Shown: positions 28,975 through 39,855, numbered from the stretch's first letter. The stretch is DNA of 64,000 bases from Bacteroidales bacterium (GCA_963678025.2 CAXXPC010000033.1:7661-71660), one strand, 5' to 3'. Translations and numbers: made by a program. Notes: a model not told the origin generated them from the sequence alone.

Positions 28975-31900
28975 TTATTTGAAGGCTTGCTCGGAGAGGC
29001 CGGGGGAGGTGAGGCGGAGTTCTTTGAAGTAGTGGGGGACGGGGCGGCCTTTGAGGGTGTCTACGTAGAGTTTGGCGAGGTACTGGGAGAGCATGAAGCC
29101 GTGGCCTCGCATTCCTGCGAAGAGGCCGAGTTCGGGGTCTACTATGTAGCGGGGTTCGACATAGTAGCCGCTCCATACTGCCTGGAAGCCTACGCCGGTG
29201 AGGCGGGGAATCCAATCGGAGAAGACGTCGGTGACTATTTCAAGGAAGTCTTGTGTGCTGGTCTTTAGGTTTTTGCTTGTCTCGGTGGCATCTATTGCGG
29301 GAGAGGCACAGCCGATTATCTGGCCGGTCTCTGCAAGTTGTTGGCCGTACACTGCGCTGAATCCTTTGTGTACTCTGCGGTCTATGAGCATGTTGAGGTT
29401 GGTGCCATCTTTGCCGAGCATGGGGAGTCGTTTGGTGATGAAGGCTTGGTGTTTTACGGGGTAGAGGCCTGTCTCAATGCCTAATTTGCGTGCGAATTTT
29501 CCTGCTTCTGCTCCCAGTGCGTTTATGAATATTTCGGTGTGGTATTCGGTGTAGCTGTTGTCGCTCTCTTGTACTATTACTGTGTATTCATTGCCGTTTT
29601 TGTATACCTCTTCCAGTCTGGTGTTCTCCAGTATAGTGCCTCCTTTGCTGCGTCCTATGGAGCGGAGTATGTCTATTGTTTGTCCGGGATTGGCCCTGCC
29701 AGCAGTTGTTGGTTACAAGTGCGTGTGAGTATTGTTTGAGGTTGGAGGTTGAAGTAGGGGGGATATCTCTTTTGAGAAATCTTTCTGTTCTATCATTGTT
29801 GCATCGGACCACGCTTTTGATGCGAGAAGGGAGTCGTAGGTATTGCGGTCGTGTGCAAAGTTGACGTATTGTATAAGACGAAAGTCTATGTTGTGTTTTT
29901 TCTGCAGTTCGCGGAATATGGCGAGGTTTTCGGAGGCTATCTCGGCAAGTGCAGGGAGGGAAAAGGCGGGGCGTCCTCCTGCTATGTTGCGCCAAGAACT
30001 TCCTATTCCATTGTTTATTAGTATGGGGTTGAAGCCCTCTTCGCTCATGAAGCGGAAGAGTGAGGAGCCGGATATTCCTCCTCCTGCTATGATGGCAGGT
30101 ACTTTTTTTATTGTGCTCTTTTTGCGGGGCACTATTATCTCTTGTTCAAGACTGTTTACGTTGATATCTCCGAGTGTGACGAGGTTACTCATGGGGCCGC
30201 GGGGTGTGGGTTCGCCTGTGATGGTTATTCCGTGGGGTTTGAGTATGAGTTTTGCACGTGGTATGCAACGGGTGCCTCGGCATGCGCCCATTCCAATGCG
30301 GGTGATATGTTTGAGTTCGTCTGAGGAGATTACTTTCCTGTCTCCCACTGCTCTGAGTAGCTGATCTACGGTGATATCTTCGCAATGGCACACGTAGGTT
30401 TTAGACTCCTCTTTCTTATTGAGGGGGGGTGAGTTTTATTTTTTCCGGAAAGTTTTCTTTTGTTATGAATCCTCTTACTGCAATCAGATCTTCGCCGTCC
30501 ATCGTGGTGGCTTTGACTCTGGCTATACTGGTTTTGTTCTCTTTTGTGGTGATTTTCTCTATCACTCCTTCTCCCAGTTTGTTGCCGTAGTTGTCTACGA
30601 GAAACACCTCTGCCCCTTCATCTGCTTTGTACTCTAATGGAAGGAAGAGCCAGTTGCGGTTGAGCTGGTAGCCGAAGATGGCGAGTCCGGGACACTGGTA
30701 GACGCATCGCATGCAGCCTGTACATTTTGAGTAGTCTATTCGTGGTACGGTGGAGGTGGAGGATTTTACTATTGCTCCGTATTTGCATGCGAAGGTGCAG
30801 GGGTTGCATTGCGAAGCCGTATAGGCAGTCTATCTGTACGAATCCTTTGGCCCACATTCTCTCTTTGTCGGAAGGGCGGGTTGCTCCAGCACTCTCACCG
30901 GGTGTTGCTGGGAGTCCTATGTACTCTTTTGAGATGGTGAGGTATTCGTTATAGTCGGTGGGATTGCCATCTGTTGCATAATCTCCATTGCACATTGTTG
31001 GCCTCTGAGCACAGCGGAGGTGCCTTCTCCTATCTCACCGAATCTCCTACTCCATGACATCTTCTGCCGAACACCTCTGTTCCTTTCTTGAAGAGCTGGT
31101 TGTCGGGTAGCAGGCCTGTGCATATGTTGATGCAGTCTATCCCCTCTATTATTTGTTCGGTGCCGGGGATGGGTTTGAAGTTTTCGCATTCTGCTATGAT
31201 GGCTCCGGTTACTCCTGTGTGGTCTTTGTTGGGGATTGCTTCAAGAAGCATATGCGAGGTGATTATGGGGATGCCTAGTCTTCTGACACGGTTGGCTTGT
31301 ACAGGGAATCCTCCTTCTGTGGGCATTGCTTCTACTATTGCTTTGACGGAGGCTCCTGCCTGAACAGCCTGGTAAGATGTAAGGTAGCCTATGTTTCCTG
31401 CTCCTATGGTGAGTATGTTTTTCCCAAGAAGGGTGAGCTCGTTGTTCAATCATTCGCTGTACAACTGCAGCTGTATATACTCCGGGGAGGTCGTCGTTTT
31501 TGAATGCGGGCATGAATGGTAGAGCTCCGGTTGCTATTACTAGGTGTAGGGCATCCACATAGAATATCTCCTGTCTTGCGATATCTTTTACTACCAGTCT
31601 GTTGCCTTCGAGTATCTCCCATACCACCGAATCCAGGATAATGCCACTCTGGTCTTCTCCGGCAAGAGATTTTGCGATGTCGAATCCTCTCATTCCGCCG
31701 AATCTCTTCTCTTTTTCGAAGAAGAAGAACTGGTGGGTCTGCATCAGGAATTGGCCGCCTATCTTGCTGTTGTTGTCTATTACCAGGTTGCTTATCTTCT
31801 TTTTGTTGAGTTCTTCCCTTACTGCAAGCCCGGCGGGACCTGCTCCGATTATTGCAACAGTGGTTTTGTATATCTTTACTTTTCCTTTTTGTTCTTTCTC

Positions 31901-32204
31901 TTCTTCCGGAAGGTAGGAGTCGGTGATGCGCTGTACATTTTTGACTCCGTCTGCCTTGGTTATACAGATCCTCCTCACTTTCCCGTCTACAAGCATCTCA
32001 CATGCCCCGCATTTGCCTATGCCGCATTCCAGTGTGCGTTCTCTGTTGTCCAGACTGTGTTTGTGAACAATGAGTCCTGCCTGGTGAAGGGCTGCTTGCT
32101 ATGGTGAAGCCTTTGCGGCCTTGCACTTTTTGTCCTTCAAAAGTAAACTCGGTATACTCTTCTTTAGGGATAGGGAGGACGGGATGTTCGGAAATCTTGT
32201 ACAT
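28975..32204 (-). CDS. Multidomain FAD/Fe-S amino-acid oxidoreductase fusion (sarcosine oxidase/dye-linked proline dehydrogenase-like), broken by ~8 1-bp indels
   Basis: [2Fe-2S] CGIGKCGAC; IIGAGPAG; IGAGNIG; two [4Fe-4S] motifs (CNPC.F.C, CTGCMRCVYQCP); BFD-like CHCED...GMGACRGTRC; DAO-like GGGISG ... GMRGHGFM. Confidence 0.8.
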
Positions 32205-32380
32205 ATTGTTTTGAAGTTTGAGTTTAGGTGTTGATTTTATTTTAAATTTTAACAAATTTAATTAAAAATAGAAATCTTAATCTTAGAATTACAAATTTTT
32301 TGAAAATTATCTCTTTTTGATACATTTTAATGATAGTTCGTTATATATTGGCTCCTGAAAACCAATAAAATATTTGTGAT

Positions 32381-33706
32381 ATGAGAAGGGAGGATTTATT
32401 AAGAAAGTTTGATAAAAATGGTTTTGCAGTGGCTTTAGTGCATCTTGCAGCTATTATTTTTCTGTTGGTGGTGCTGATAATTTCGGCGGTGATTACTTAT
32501 GGTTGTGAAGGTGCTCTGGGTAGAAGCGATTCAGGTGAAGAAGGAAAGGGGGAGCTTGTACTGGGCTTTGCCCGGGAATTCGGTGCTTCCGTTGAGTGCG
32601 CAGAAGCAGCCGTTGAGTGCGCAGAAGCCGGTGTGCATTCGGGTGATGTTGAGAGAAAAGGTTCCGGTTTTGACGGAGGGACGGATTTTGTCGGGGGGAC
32701 GGATTTTGTCGGGGGTTCAAATACGTGCGGGAAAAGTGTTTATGCTGCGGCCGGGGAGGTGCCGGACACAAATGCTTTTGTCTTGTCGATAGTCTCTGCT
32801 TCGGGTGAGGTTATGTACAAGGGCAGGTATGACGGAAGGCCGGATGAGATTATGCTGGATCAGGGAAGTTATGATGTTAAGGTGGCTTCCCGTGAGTTTG
32901 ATATCCCTGAATTTGATGCTCCCTGTTACAGTGACTCTGCAACGGTGATGATAGAGGAGGGAAAGGTGGCCAGATTGTCTTTTATATGTACTATGTCTAA
33001 TGGTGCTGTTAGACTGGGTTTTACAAGTGATTTTAAGGAGAGGTTCAGGAATTATGTTGCTCTTGTTGATGGTGTCGGTGGGTCGGTGGAGTATCCTTAT
33101 ACAGAGAGCAGGTTTCTCTATATGATGCCGGGAGATCTTTTTGTGAAGATGAAGAGTACGGTGAGCAGTGATATATTTCTTATTACAAGGAAGGTTTTGT
33201 CTCAAAGGGAGATGATGACGGTAAATCTCCACTCTTCTGTAACATCGGATCCGCCCGGAGGAGGCAATCCCGGTGGTTACAATTTATTTACAGGTATTCA
33301 GGTGGATACAGTTTCTGTTTGGCTCTCTGAAGAACTTGTTGTTGGTGAACGAAGGGATGGCAGCAGCCGTGAGCTGGCTCTGAGCGCAGATGAGATTGCC
33401 GTATTTGAGGGAGCCAAAGATGTTTGGGTGAGTGGTTATGTGGCGGGTTACCTCACTACGGCTTCTCTTGTATGTGAAGCGCCCTTTAATGTTGCAACAA
33501 ATATTGCTCTCTCTTCAATTGAAGGTGAGAAGAACAGGGATGCATGTGTGGGAGTCTCTCTTCCTTCGGGAGAGATTCGGGATGTGCTTAATCTCAAGGA
33601 TAATCCCAATATGCTGGGTTGTCGTATATGGGTGAAAGGAGATATCACCGGCAGTTATTATGGGTTGCCGGGTGTGAATGGTGTTACAGAGTATGTTGTG
33701 GATTGA
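32381..33706 (+). CDS. Bacteroidales membrane-anchored protein, DUF4493-like with C-terminal DUF6359-like domain
   Basis: N-terminal TM; FDIPEFDAPCY and C-terminal VWVSGYVAG...V.LP.G.IR..LNLKDNP...YYGLPG patterns. Confidence 0.65.
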   Translation: MRREDLLRKFDKNGFAVALVHLAAIIFLLVVLIISAVITYGCEGALGRSDSGEEGKGELVLGFAREFGASVECAEAAVECAEAGVHSGDVERKGSGFDGGTDFVGGTDFVGGSNTCGKSVYAAAGEVPDTNAFVLSIVSASGEVMYKGRYDGRPDEIMLDQGSYDVKVASREFDIPEFDAPCYSDSATVMIEEGKVARLSFICTMSNGAVRLGFTSDFKERFRNYVALVDGVGGSVEYPYTESRFLYMMPGDLFVKMKSTVSSDIFLITRKVLSQREMMTVNLHSSVTSDPPGGGNPGGYNLFTGIQVDTVSVWLSEELVVGERRDGSSRELALSADEIAVFEGAKDVWVSGYVAGYLTTASLVCEAPFNVATNIALSSIEGEKNRDACVGVSLPSGEIRDVLNLKDNPNMLGCRIWVKGDITGSYYGLPGVNGVTEYVVD

Positions 33707-33748
33707 AAATTATAAGTTAAATTTGTGACTCTATAATTTTCTGGAAAG

Positions 33749-34321
33749 ATGGACTATTTCGCGCATGAAACAGCTGTGATTGACCCGGGATCACAGATAG
33801 GAAAAGGAACAAAAATATGGCATTTCACTCATATCATGACAGATAGTATTGTTGGTGAAGATTGCAATATCGGTCAAAATGTGGTTATATCTCCCAGGGT
33901 TGTTCTGGGAAGGAACGTTAAGGTGCAAAATAATGTATCTGTTTATACGGGGGTTGTTTGTGAAGATGATGTTTTTCTCGGGCCGTCATGTGTTTTCACC
34001 AATGTGGTGAATCCGCGGAGTGCTGTCGTAAGACGTGGTTATTACATAAATACCCGTGTGTGCAAGGGGGCTACCATTGGTGCCAATGCCACTGTGATTT
34101 GCGGCAACGAAATAGGGCGCTATGCTTTGGTAGGGGCCGGGTCTGTTGTGACAAAGCCTGTTCCTGATTATGCTCTTGTTGTAGGGTCGCCTGCGAGGAT
34201 TGTAGGGTGGGTGAGCGAGTATGCTCATAAACTCTCGTTTGATGTGAATGGTTTTGCTGTTTGTCCTGAGAGTGGGCAAAAATATCGTAAGAGTGAAAAG
34301 GGCGTGGAGCGGGTTTCCTGA
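33749..34321 (+). CDS. Hexapeptide N-acetyltransferase (WbpD/WlbB-like)
   Basis: IWHFTHI, GQNVV, VKVQNNVSVY, FLGPSCVFTNV.NPRS. Confidence 0.9.
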   Translation: MDYFAHETAVIDPGSQIGKGTKIWHFTHIMTDSIVGEDCNIGQNVVISPRVVLGRNVKVQNNVSVYTGVVCEDDVFLGPSCVFTNVVNPRSAVVRRGYYINTRVCKGATIGANATVICGNEIGRYALVGAGSVVTKPVPDYALVVGSPARIVGWVSEYAHKLSFDVNGFAVCPESGQKYRKSEKGVERVS

Positions 34322-34351
34322 CTTCTGTATATTATTGATTCGTTATGTTGA

Positions 34352-37237
34352 GTGATGCAAATGAAGAGTGAGAGTCCTTTAGAGATAAGACGCGATCATT
34401 TAAGCAGGTTGCTTTATGCAACAGATGCCTCTGCCTACCGTGAGTTCCCGGAAGGTGTTTGTTTTCCGCATTGCAGGGAGGATATTGTGGAGGTGGTTAA
34501 ATATGCTGTAAAGAATGGTGTTTCTATTATTCCCCGTGGTGCCGGAACTTCTCTTGCCGGACAGGTTGTGGGAAGTGGTCTGGTGGTGGATGTGTCGCGT
34601 TATTTTAACAGAATTATTGAGATTAATTATGAGGAGAGGTGGGCCCGTGTTGAGCCGGGTGTGGTGCTTGATGTTCTGAACAGGGAGGTGTGTAAAGGGG
34701 GGCTTTTTTTTGGTCCGGAGACCTCTACCTCTAACAGGTGTTGTCTTGGTGGTATGGCCGGTAATAATTCTTGTGGTTCTCATTCATTGGTTTACGGAAG
34801 TACCCGGGATCATATTCTGGAGGCGAAGGCTGTTCTCTATGATGGTTCTGAGGTGGAGTTCGGTGATTTGTCTCCTGAAGAGTTTGCTAGCAAACAGAAA
34901 CTTGCCGGTGCTGAGGGTGATATATATCGTTTTCTTGCTAGGATGATTTCGGATGATGCTGTTCTAAATGGTGTACGGGAGGAGTTTCCTGACAGCAGGG
35001 TAAGAAGAAGGAACACCGGTTATGCTTTGGATGAGTTTATCGGTAGCAGGTATAATGTTTGTAAATTGCTTGCGGGATCGGAGGGCACTCTTGCTTTCAT
35101 AACTGAATTGAAATTGTCGCTTGTTGATCTTCCTCCTGCTTTCAATATGTTGTTGTGTGCTCATTGTGGTTCTTTGGAAAATGCTTTTGAGGCCAATCTG
35201 GTGGCGCTGAGTTGTAGTCCGGCGGCGGTGGAACTTATGGATTCCAATATACTGGAGTTGAGTAAGGATAATTTGTCACAGAGTAAGAATAGATTTTTTG
35301 TCAAGGGAGATCCTGCTGCTATTGTGATAATTGAACTGAATGCCGCTTCTGAGAAGGATTTGCAGGGAAAGGTTTTTGAGGCAGAGAAGAGGTTGATAGA
35401 GAGTGGATTTGTATATTATTGTTCTCATGTTACGGCTGAAGATGCACATAGGGTATGGGCGTTGCGTAAGGCCGGGCTGGGATTGCTCTCTTCGATGGAG
35501 GGGGATACCAAGCCTGTTTCAGTGATAGAGGATACTGCCGTAGCTCCTGAGAGGCTGCCGCAATATATGAGGGATTTCCGTGAGTTGTTGGATGAGTATG
35601 GACTAGATTGTGTGTTTCATGCTCATATAGGAACAGGGGAGTTGCATCTCAGGCCTTTGCTCAACCTTAAGAAGGGTGATGATGTTGCTCTGTTTCGTGA
35701 TTTGGCAAAAAAGAGTGCTTTGCTTGTGAAGAAGCATAAGGGATCTCTGAGCGGGGAGCATGGGGACGGCAGGTTGAGGGGTGAATTTATTCCCCTGATG
35801 TATGGGGATTTTCTCTACGGTGTGATGAGGGATTTAAAGCGTGCTTTTGACCCCGAAGGAGTGTTTAACCCCGGCAAGATAGTGGATACTCCTCGGATGA
35901 ACAGCTCTTTGCGCTATGTGCCGGATGTGCAGTTGCCTCGTTATGATACATTTTTCCGGTATGATGCACAGGGTGGTTTATTGGGTGCTATTGAGCAGTG
36001 TAATGGATCGGGTGATTGTGTGAGGTCTTCTCTTTTCGGTGGTACCATGTGTCCCTCGTTTCGGATTACAGGTGATGAGTTACACAGTACAAGGGGCCGT
36101 TCTAATGTGTTGAGAGAGTTGCTTTCGAGGCCTCTCAGTAAAAAGGTGTTTGACCAACAGGAGATTATTGATGCTCTTGATTTGTGTCTATCTTGCAAGG
36201 GATGCAAAAGTGAATGTCCTTCAAATGTTGATATTACTCGTTACAAGGCGGAGTTCATGCAACACCATTATGATGTTGCCGGGGTTCCTTTCCGCTCTTT
36301 TATGATTGCTCATATGGCGGATGTTCAAAGACTCGGTTCTCTGGTCCCTTCTTTATATAACTTTTTTGCAACAAACAGGTATACCTCTGCTTTTTTGAAG
36401 AGGGTACTGAAGTTTGCTTCTCAGAGGGAGATTCCTTCTCTTTCAAGAAAGAGTCTCAGGGCTCTTGCGCGTAAAAGGGTGAAGATTGCGGATGGTGATG
36501 CTCCTGTGGTATATCTTTTTGCTGATGAGTTTACCAATTATAATGAGGCTGAGGTGGGTCTGGAGTTCATAAGGTTGTTGGAGGGTTGTGGCTACAGGGT
36601 GGTTGTACCTGCTCATTGTGAGAGTGGAAGGGCTGCTTTGTCTAAGGGGATGTTAAGACGTGCAAGGAGATTGGCTGAAAATAATGTGAGGGCTTTAAGA
36701 GAGCTGGTGTCTCAGGAAACTCCTCTTGTGGGGATAGAGCCTTCTGCGATACTCTCATTTAGGGACGAATATCCCGATCTTGTGAGTGATGAGTTGAGGA
36801 ATGATGCTATAATGTTGTCCCGGAATGTTATGCTGTATGATGAGTTTGTGATGAGGGAGGTGGAGAATGGCAGGATTGACAGCTCGATGTTCACGGAAAA
36901 TTCTTTGGAGATAAAGCTACACGGGCATTGTCATCAGAAGAGTCTGGCTTCGGCTGAGGCGTCTGCAAGAATGTTGTCTGTCCCGGTTAATTATCATGCG
37001 GAACTTCTGGATACGGGTTGTTGTGGAATGGCAGGTTCATTCGGTTTCGAGAAAGAGCATTATCGTTATTCAGTGGAGATTGGTGAGCAAAAGTTATTGC
37101 CTCTTGTACGTTCTTTCGGGAGTGATATTGCCGTGAGTGCGCCGGGAACCTCTTGCCGGCAGCAGATAAGGGAAGGAACGGGTCGTGTTGCGTTGCATCC
37201 TGTGCAGATTCTTGCACGTGCTCTTAAGAGTTCTTGA
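34352..37237 (+). CDS. FAD-linked oxidase with Fe-S and CCG domains (YdiJ/D-2-hydroxyacid dehydrogenase-like)
   Basis: PRGAGTSLAGQ, GSEGTL, SGEHGDG, CLSCKGCKSECP, HGHCHQ and CCGMAGSFG. Confidence 0.92.
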   Translation: MMQMKSESPLEIRRDHLSRLLYATDASAYREFPEGVCFPHCREDIVEVVKYAVKNGVSIIPRGAGTSLAGQVVGSGLVVDVSRYFNRIIEINYEERWARVEPGVVLDVLNREVCKGGLFFGPETSTSNRCCLGGMAGNNSCGSHSLVYGSTRDHILEAKAVLYDGSEVEFGDLSPEEFASKQKLAGAEGDIYRFLARMISDDAVLNGVREEFPDSRVRRRNTGYALDEFIGSRYNVCKLLAGSEGTLAFITELKLSLVDLPPAFNMLLCAHCGSLENAFEANLVALSCSPAAVELMDSNILELSKDNLSQSKNRFFVKGDPAAIVIIELNAASEKDLQGKVFEAEKRLIESGFVYYCSHVTAEDAHRVWALRKAGLGLLSSMEGDTKPVSVIEDTAVAPERLPQYMRDFRELLDEYGLDCVFHAHIGTGELHLRPLLNLKKGDDVALFRDLAKKSALLVKKHKGSLSGEHGDGRLRGEFIPLMYGDFLYGVMRDLKRAFDPEGVFNPGKIVDTPRMNSSLRYVPDVQLPRYDTFFRYDAQGGLLGAIEQCNGSGDCVRSSLFGGTMCPSFRITGDELHSTRGRSNVLRELLSRPLSKKVFDQQEIIDALDLCLSCKGCKSECPSNVDITRYKAEFMQHHYDVAGVPFRSFMIAHMADVQRLGSLVPSLYNFFATNRYTSAFLKRVLKFASQREIPSLSRKSLRALARKRVKIADGDAPVVYLFADEFTNYNEAEVGLEFIRLLEGCGYRVVVPAHCESGRAALSKGMLRRARRLAENNVRALRELVSQETPLVGIEPSAILSFRDEYPDLVSDELRNDAIMLSRNVMLYDEFVMREVENGRIDSSMFTENSLEIKLHGHCHQKSLASAEASARMLSVPVNYHAELLDTGCCGMAGSFGFEKEHYRYSVEIGEQKLLPLVRSFGSDIAVSAPGTSCRQQIREGTGRVALHPVQILARALKSS

Positions 37238-37253
37238 TTTTGTTTTACAATCT

Positions 37254-37796
37254 TTATGGCCGGTTGTTGTTCTGTTGGGGTTGACCATATCTGTGTCCGC
37301 GGCCGGACCCTGATCCTCTCATGGACGGGTTGTCTCTAAAGAGGGGTGCGAATATCTCGTGTAGTCTCTGTTTTTGGTCGGGGGTGCAATTATCTCTCAG
37401 TTTGAGGTAGAAGTCGGTTGTGACTTGTTTTAGCTGAGAGTGGGCGATGCCGATGCTGTCTGAGTAGAGTTTAGTGTTTGAGCGTGAGGGGTCGGGGCTG
37501 TGTATCTCTTCGTAAAGTTTTTGTTTGTATAAATTGAGATTGTGAATTATGTCGTTGGCTCTGTGGCGGAATTCCCTGCTCTCCTCTCTGTAGAAGTCCA
37601 TCTGTTTGTTCGAAAAGCCTAGCTCGGAGCGGAGATATCTTCCGCTGAGAGGGGAACTCTCCGGATCGATAATAATGGTATCTTCGGGAGCGGGGTTGTC
37701 GCTTGAAATCAATATAGTGACTATGGTGCTCACATTTAGCAGAGCCAGTAGTATGACAGCCCAGTAAAGTATCTTATATTTTTGATCTTTTGTCAT
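37254..37796 (-). CDS. Periplasmic heavy-metal sensor / Spy-CpxP-like protein
   Basis: N-terminal TM, ELGFSNKQ and CTPDQKQ (LTxxQ-like) motifs; downstream of the ECF sigma/anti-sigma pair. Confidence 0.7.
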   Translation of the reverse strand: MTKDQKYKILYWAVILLALLNVSTIVTILISSDNPAPEDTIIIDPESSPLSGRYLRSELGFSNKQMDFYREESREFRHRANDIIHNLNLYKQKLYEEIHSPDPSRSNTKLYSDSIGIAHSQLKQVTTDFYLKLRDNCTPDQKQRLHEIFAPLFRDNPSMRGSGSGRGHRYGQPQQNNNRP

Positions 37797-37834
37797 GACT
37801 GTGATCTTTTAGGATTTTTGCATGCCCGGTAGTT

Positions 37835-38122
37835 TTATTCGGTATCGTAAAGATAGAGATTTTCTATCTGAGAATCGTTAATATTGAGGGCATATGTGTC
37901 GTTGCCGGTTGTGTTGTTGTAGGTTGTGCCTAGGAATACTCCAAGTGTAAGTACAGCTGCAACTCCAGCTGCAGCGACTAAACGGAATAATATCGGTGTG
38001 CTCTTTTCCGGTTGCTGTTCGGCGTGGATACTATCCATTATTTTTCCGGCAAGAAAGGGGTTGGGTTGGACTTCAAGCTCTTTTTCTATGAATTTATCCA
38101 GTATGTTTTTGTTTTGTGGCAT
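37835..38122 (-). CDS. Small membrane protein, putative anti-sigma factor
   Basis: 95 aa, PNPFL..KI motif and one TM; directly after the ECF sigma gene. Confidence 0.6.
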   Translation of the reverse strand: MPQNKNILDKFIEKELEVQPNPFLAGKIMDSIHAEQQPEKSTPILFRLVAAAGVAAVLTLGVFLGTTYNNTTGNDTYALNINDSQIENLYLYDTE

Positions 38123-38197
38123 ATCTAGTCTCCTTATCTTTTAATTTCTCCTTTAATCTTTTGACAGTTTTTCTCTCAGTTTCCTACTGTCGGGGTA

Positions 38198-38755
38198 TTA
38201 TAACTTGAGCTTTTTGCGAAGATTGCTCTTGCCTCTTTGGAGCAGTTGTTCTACTGCTCCTTCGGAAAGTTGCATCACTTCAGATATCTCTTTCTGTGAA
38301 AGTTCTTTGTATCTTTGTAGTATAAAAGCAGTTTTTTGTTTGGCAGGAAGAGAGTCAATTGCTTTTTGTACTCTTTTGTCACTTTCGTGTTGTATCATCT
38401 GCTGCTCGGGGGATTCTCCGTTGCTTGTGGTGTCCCGAAGTCTCTCGGAAATATCCTCTATACGGCTGAAGAACGAGCGTCTCTTCTTTTTGTCTATTTC
38501 ATTGAGGCAGGTATTTACAGTGATCCTGTATAGCCATGTGGAGAGTTTTGAGTCTCCTTTGAAACTGTGTATGTTGTTGTAGGCTTTTATCATAGCCTCC
38601 TGTACCATGTCTTCGGCCTCCTCTTTGGAATGCATATAACCAAGAGCAACTCGGAATAGTTGTTCTGTGTACTCCTCTGCAATAACCCTGAAGCTCTCTG
38701 TATCTCCTGATTGTATGCGGGCTACTGTTATTTCTTCTTGCCGGGAATCCATCAA
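38198..38755 (-). CDS. ECF RNA polymerase sigma factor
   Basis: EAEDMVQE, FKGDSKLSTWLYRITVN and region 4 LP.KQK.AF.L...ELSQKEI. Confidence 0.93.
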   Translation of the reverse strand: MMDSRQEEITVARIQSGDTESFRVIAEEYTEQLFRVALGYMHSKEEAEDMVQEAMIKAYNNIHSFKGDSKLSTWLYRITVNTCLNEIDKKKRRSFFSRIEDISERLRDTTSNGESPEQQMIQHESDKRVQKAIDSLPAKQKTAFILQRYKELSQKEISEVMQLSEGAVEQLLQRGKSNLRKKLKL

Positions 38756-38829
38756 TTAATATTGCTCTCTTTGTCGGTTGGTCAAAGTTATAAATAATAG
38801 ACTGGATTTGTTAATTTTTCCTACGGATT

Positions 38830-38862
38830 AAAAAAAGCTGCCGGTGGTATCGGCAGCTTTTT
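38830..38862 (-). terminator. Rho-independent terminator after thioredoxin
   Basis: aaaaaaagctgccg-gtggtat-cggcagcttttt. Confidence 0.85.
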
Positions 38863-38903
38863 CTTGTTGCTTTCGCAACTGTTATCAAAACCAATTGAAT
38901 ATA

Positions 38904-39275
38904 TTATGCTTTTTCTTTGCCGAGAAGCACTTGGTCTATTGCCTCTTTGAAGGAGGCTTTGGGAAGTGCTCCCATTGCCATCTGGGGTTGTCCTTCCATC
39001 GGGACGAAAAGGATTGAGGGGATGCTCCTGATACCGAATGCTCCGGCAAGTTCTTGTTCTTGTTCTGTATTTACTTTATATATATATATGTCATCTTTAT
39101 ATTCCTGTGCAAGTTCTTCGAGTATCGGGGCAACCATTTTACATGGCTGGCACCAGTCTGCATAAAAGTCTATTATGGCCGGCTTGTCTCCCAGATATTT
39201 CCACTCGCTGGGGTTTGATTCGTAGTTTGCTACTTTTTCCAAAAAATCTGTTTTTGTCAGGTGTACAGTTTTCAT
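38904..39275 (-). CDS. Thioredoxin
   Basis: DFYADWCQPCK and FGIRSIP. Confidence 0.95.
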   Translation of the reverse strand: MKTVHLTKTDFLEKVANYESNPSEWKYLGDKPAIIDFYADWCQPCKMVAPILEELAQEYKDDIYIYKVNTEQEQELAGAFGIRSIPSILFVPMEGQPQMAMGALPKASFKEAIDQVLLGKEKA

Positions 39276-39349
39276 AATTGATAAATTATTTTCTATTTTT
39301 AAAATCTATTTTTCTTTCTATATTGTGTGCTTCGGTATGGCTTGTTGTT

Positions 39350-39601
39350 TTAGTCCGGCCACTCCATATTGCTGTAATCTTTTTTTTCGGGTATCTGACC
39401 CGGTAGCAGCTGATAGTCGTTTTCCTGCAGTTTTTCTTCTATTTCGCGGAATGATACTTCGTTGGTATGATCAATGGTTATTTCGTTTTTGTAGTTGTCT
39501 GTCATTACTCCGTATACTCCGTTAATTGCAGCAAGTTCCCTGTTGAGGGAGTTGTTCAGGACGCAACAGGCCGCTCTGTTTACTTTAAGTATTGTTCTCA
39601 T
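39350..39601 (-). CDS. Small HMA-fold-like protein
   Basis: 83 aa with ACC motif and L..INGV..V pattern; overlaps the upstream gene by 4 nt. Confidence 0.55.
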   Translation of the reverse strand: MRTILKVNRAACCVLNNSLNRELAAINGVYGVMTDNYKNEITIDHTNEVSFREIEEKLQENDYQLLPGQIPEKKDYSNMEWPD

Positions 39602-39855
39602 TTTTCGTGTTCAGTTCTCTTTTCCGATTTGTCTTTGTCTTCGGAGGCTTTTGCTTTACTCTTGAATAGTGAGAATATCAGTGCTCCAAGTACTATGCCA
39701 TAGAGTGTGCTGTTCATTGGGTTGGATGTTATTGCGCATGTTCCACTGTTGCATCCGATGTAATACCAGTAGAGGTATCCTCCCAGTGCTCCGGCAGCTC
39801 CTCCTGCTAATATCAACCATTCTTGTTTTAAAAAGTTTAATATTTTCTTTTTCAT
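39598..39855 (-). CDS. DUF6132-family small membrane protein
   Basis: GGYLYWYYIGCNSGTCAITSNP. Confidence 0.8.
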   Translation of the reverse strand: MKKKILNFLKQEWLILAGGAAGALGGYLYWYYIGCNSGTCAITSNPMNSTLYGIVLGALIFSLFKSKAKASEDKDKSEKRTEHEK

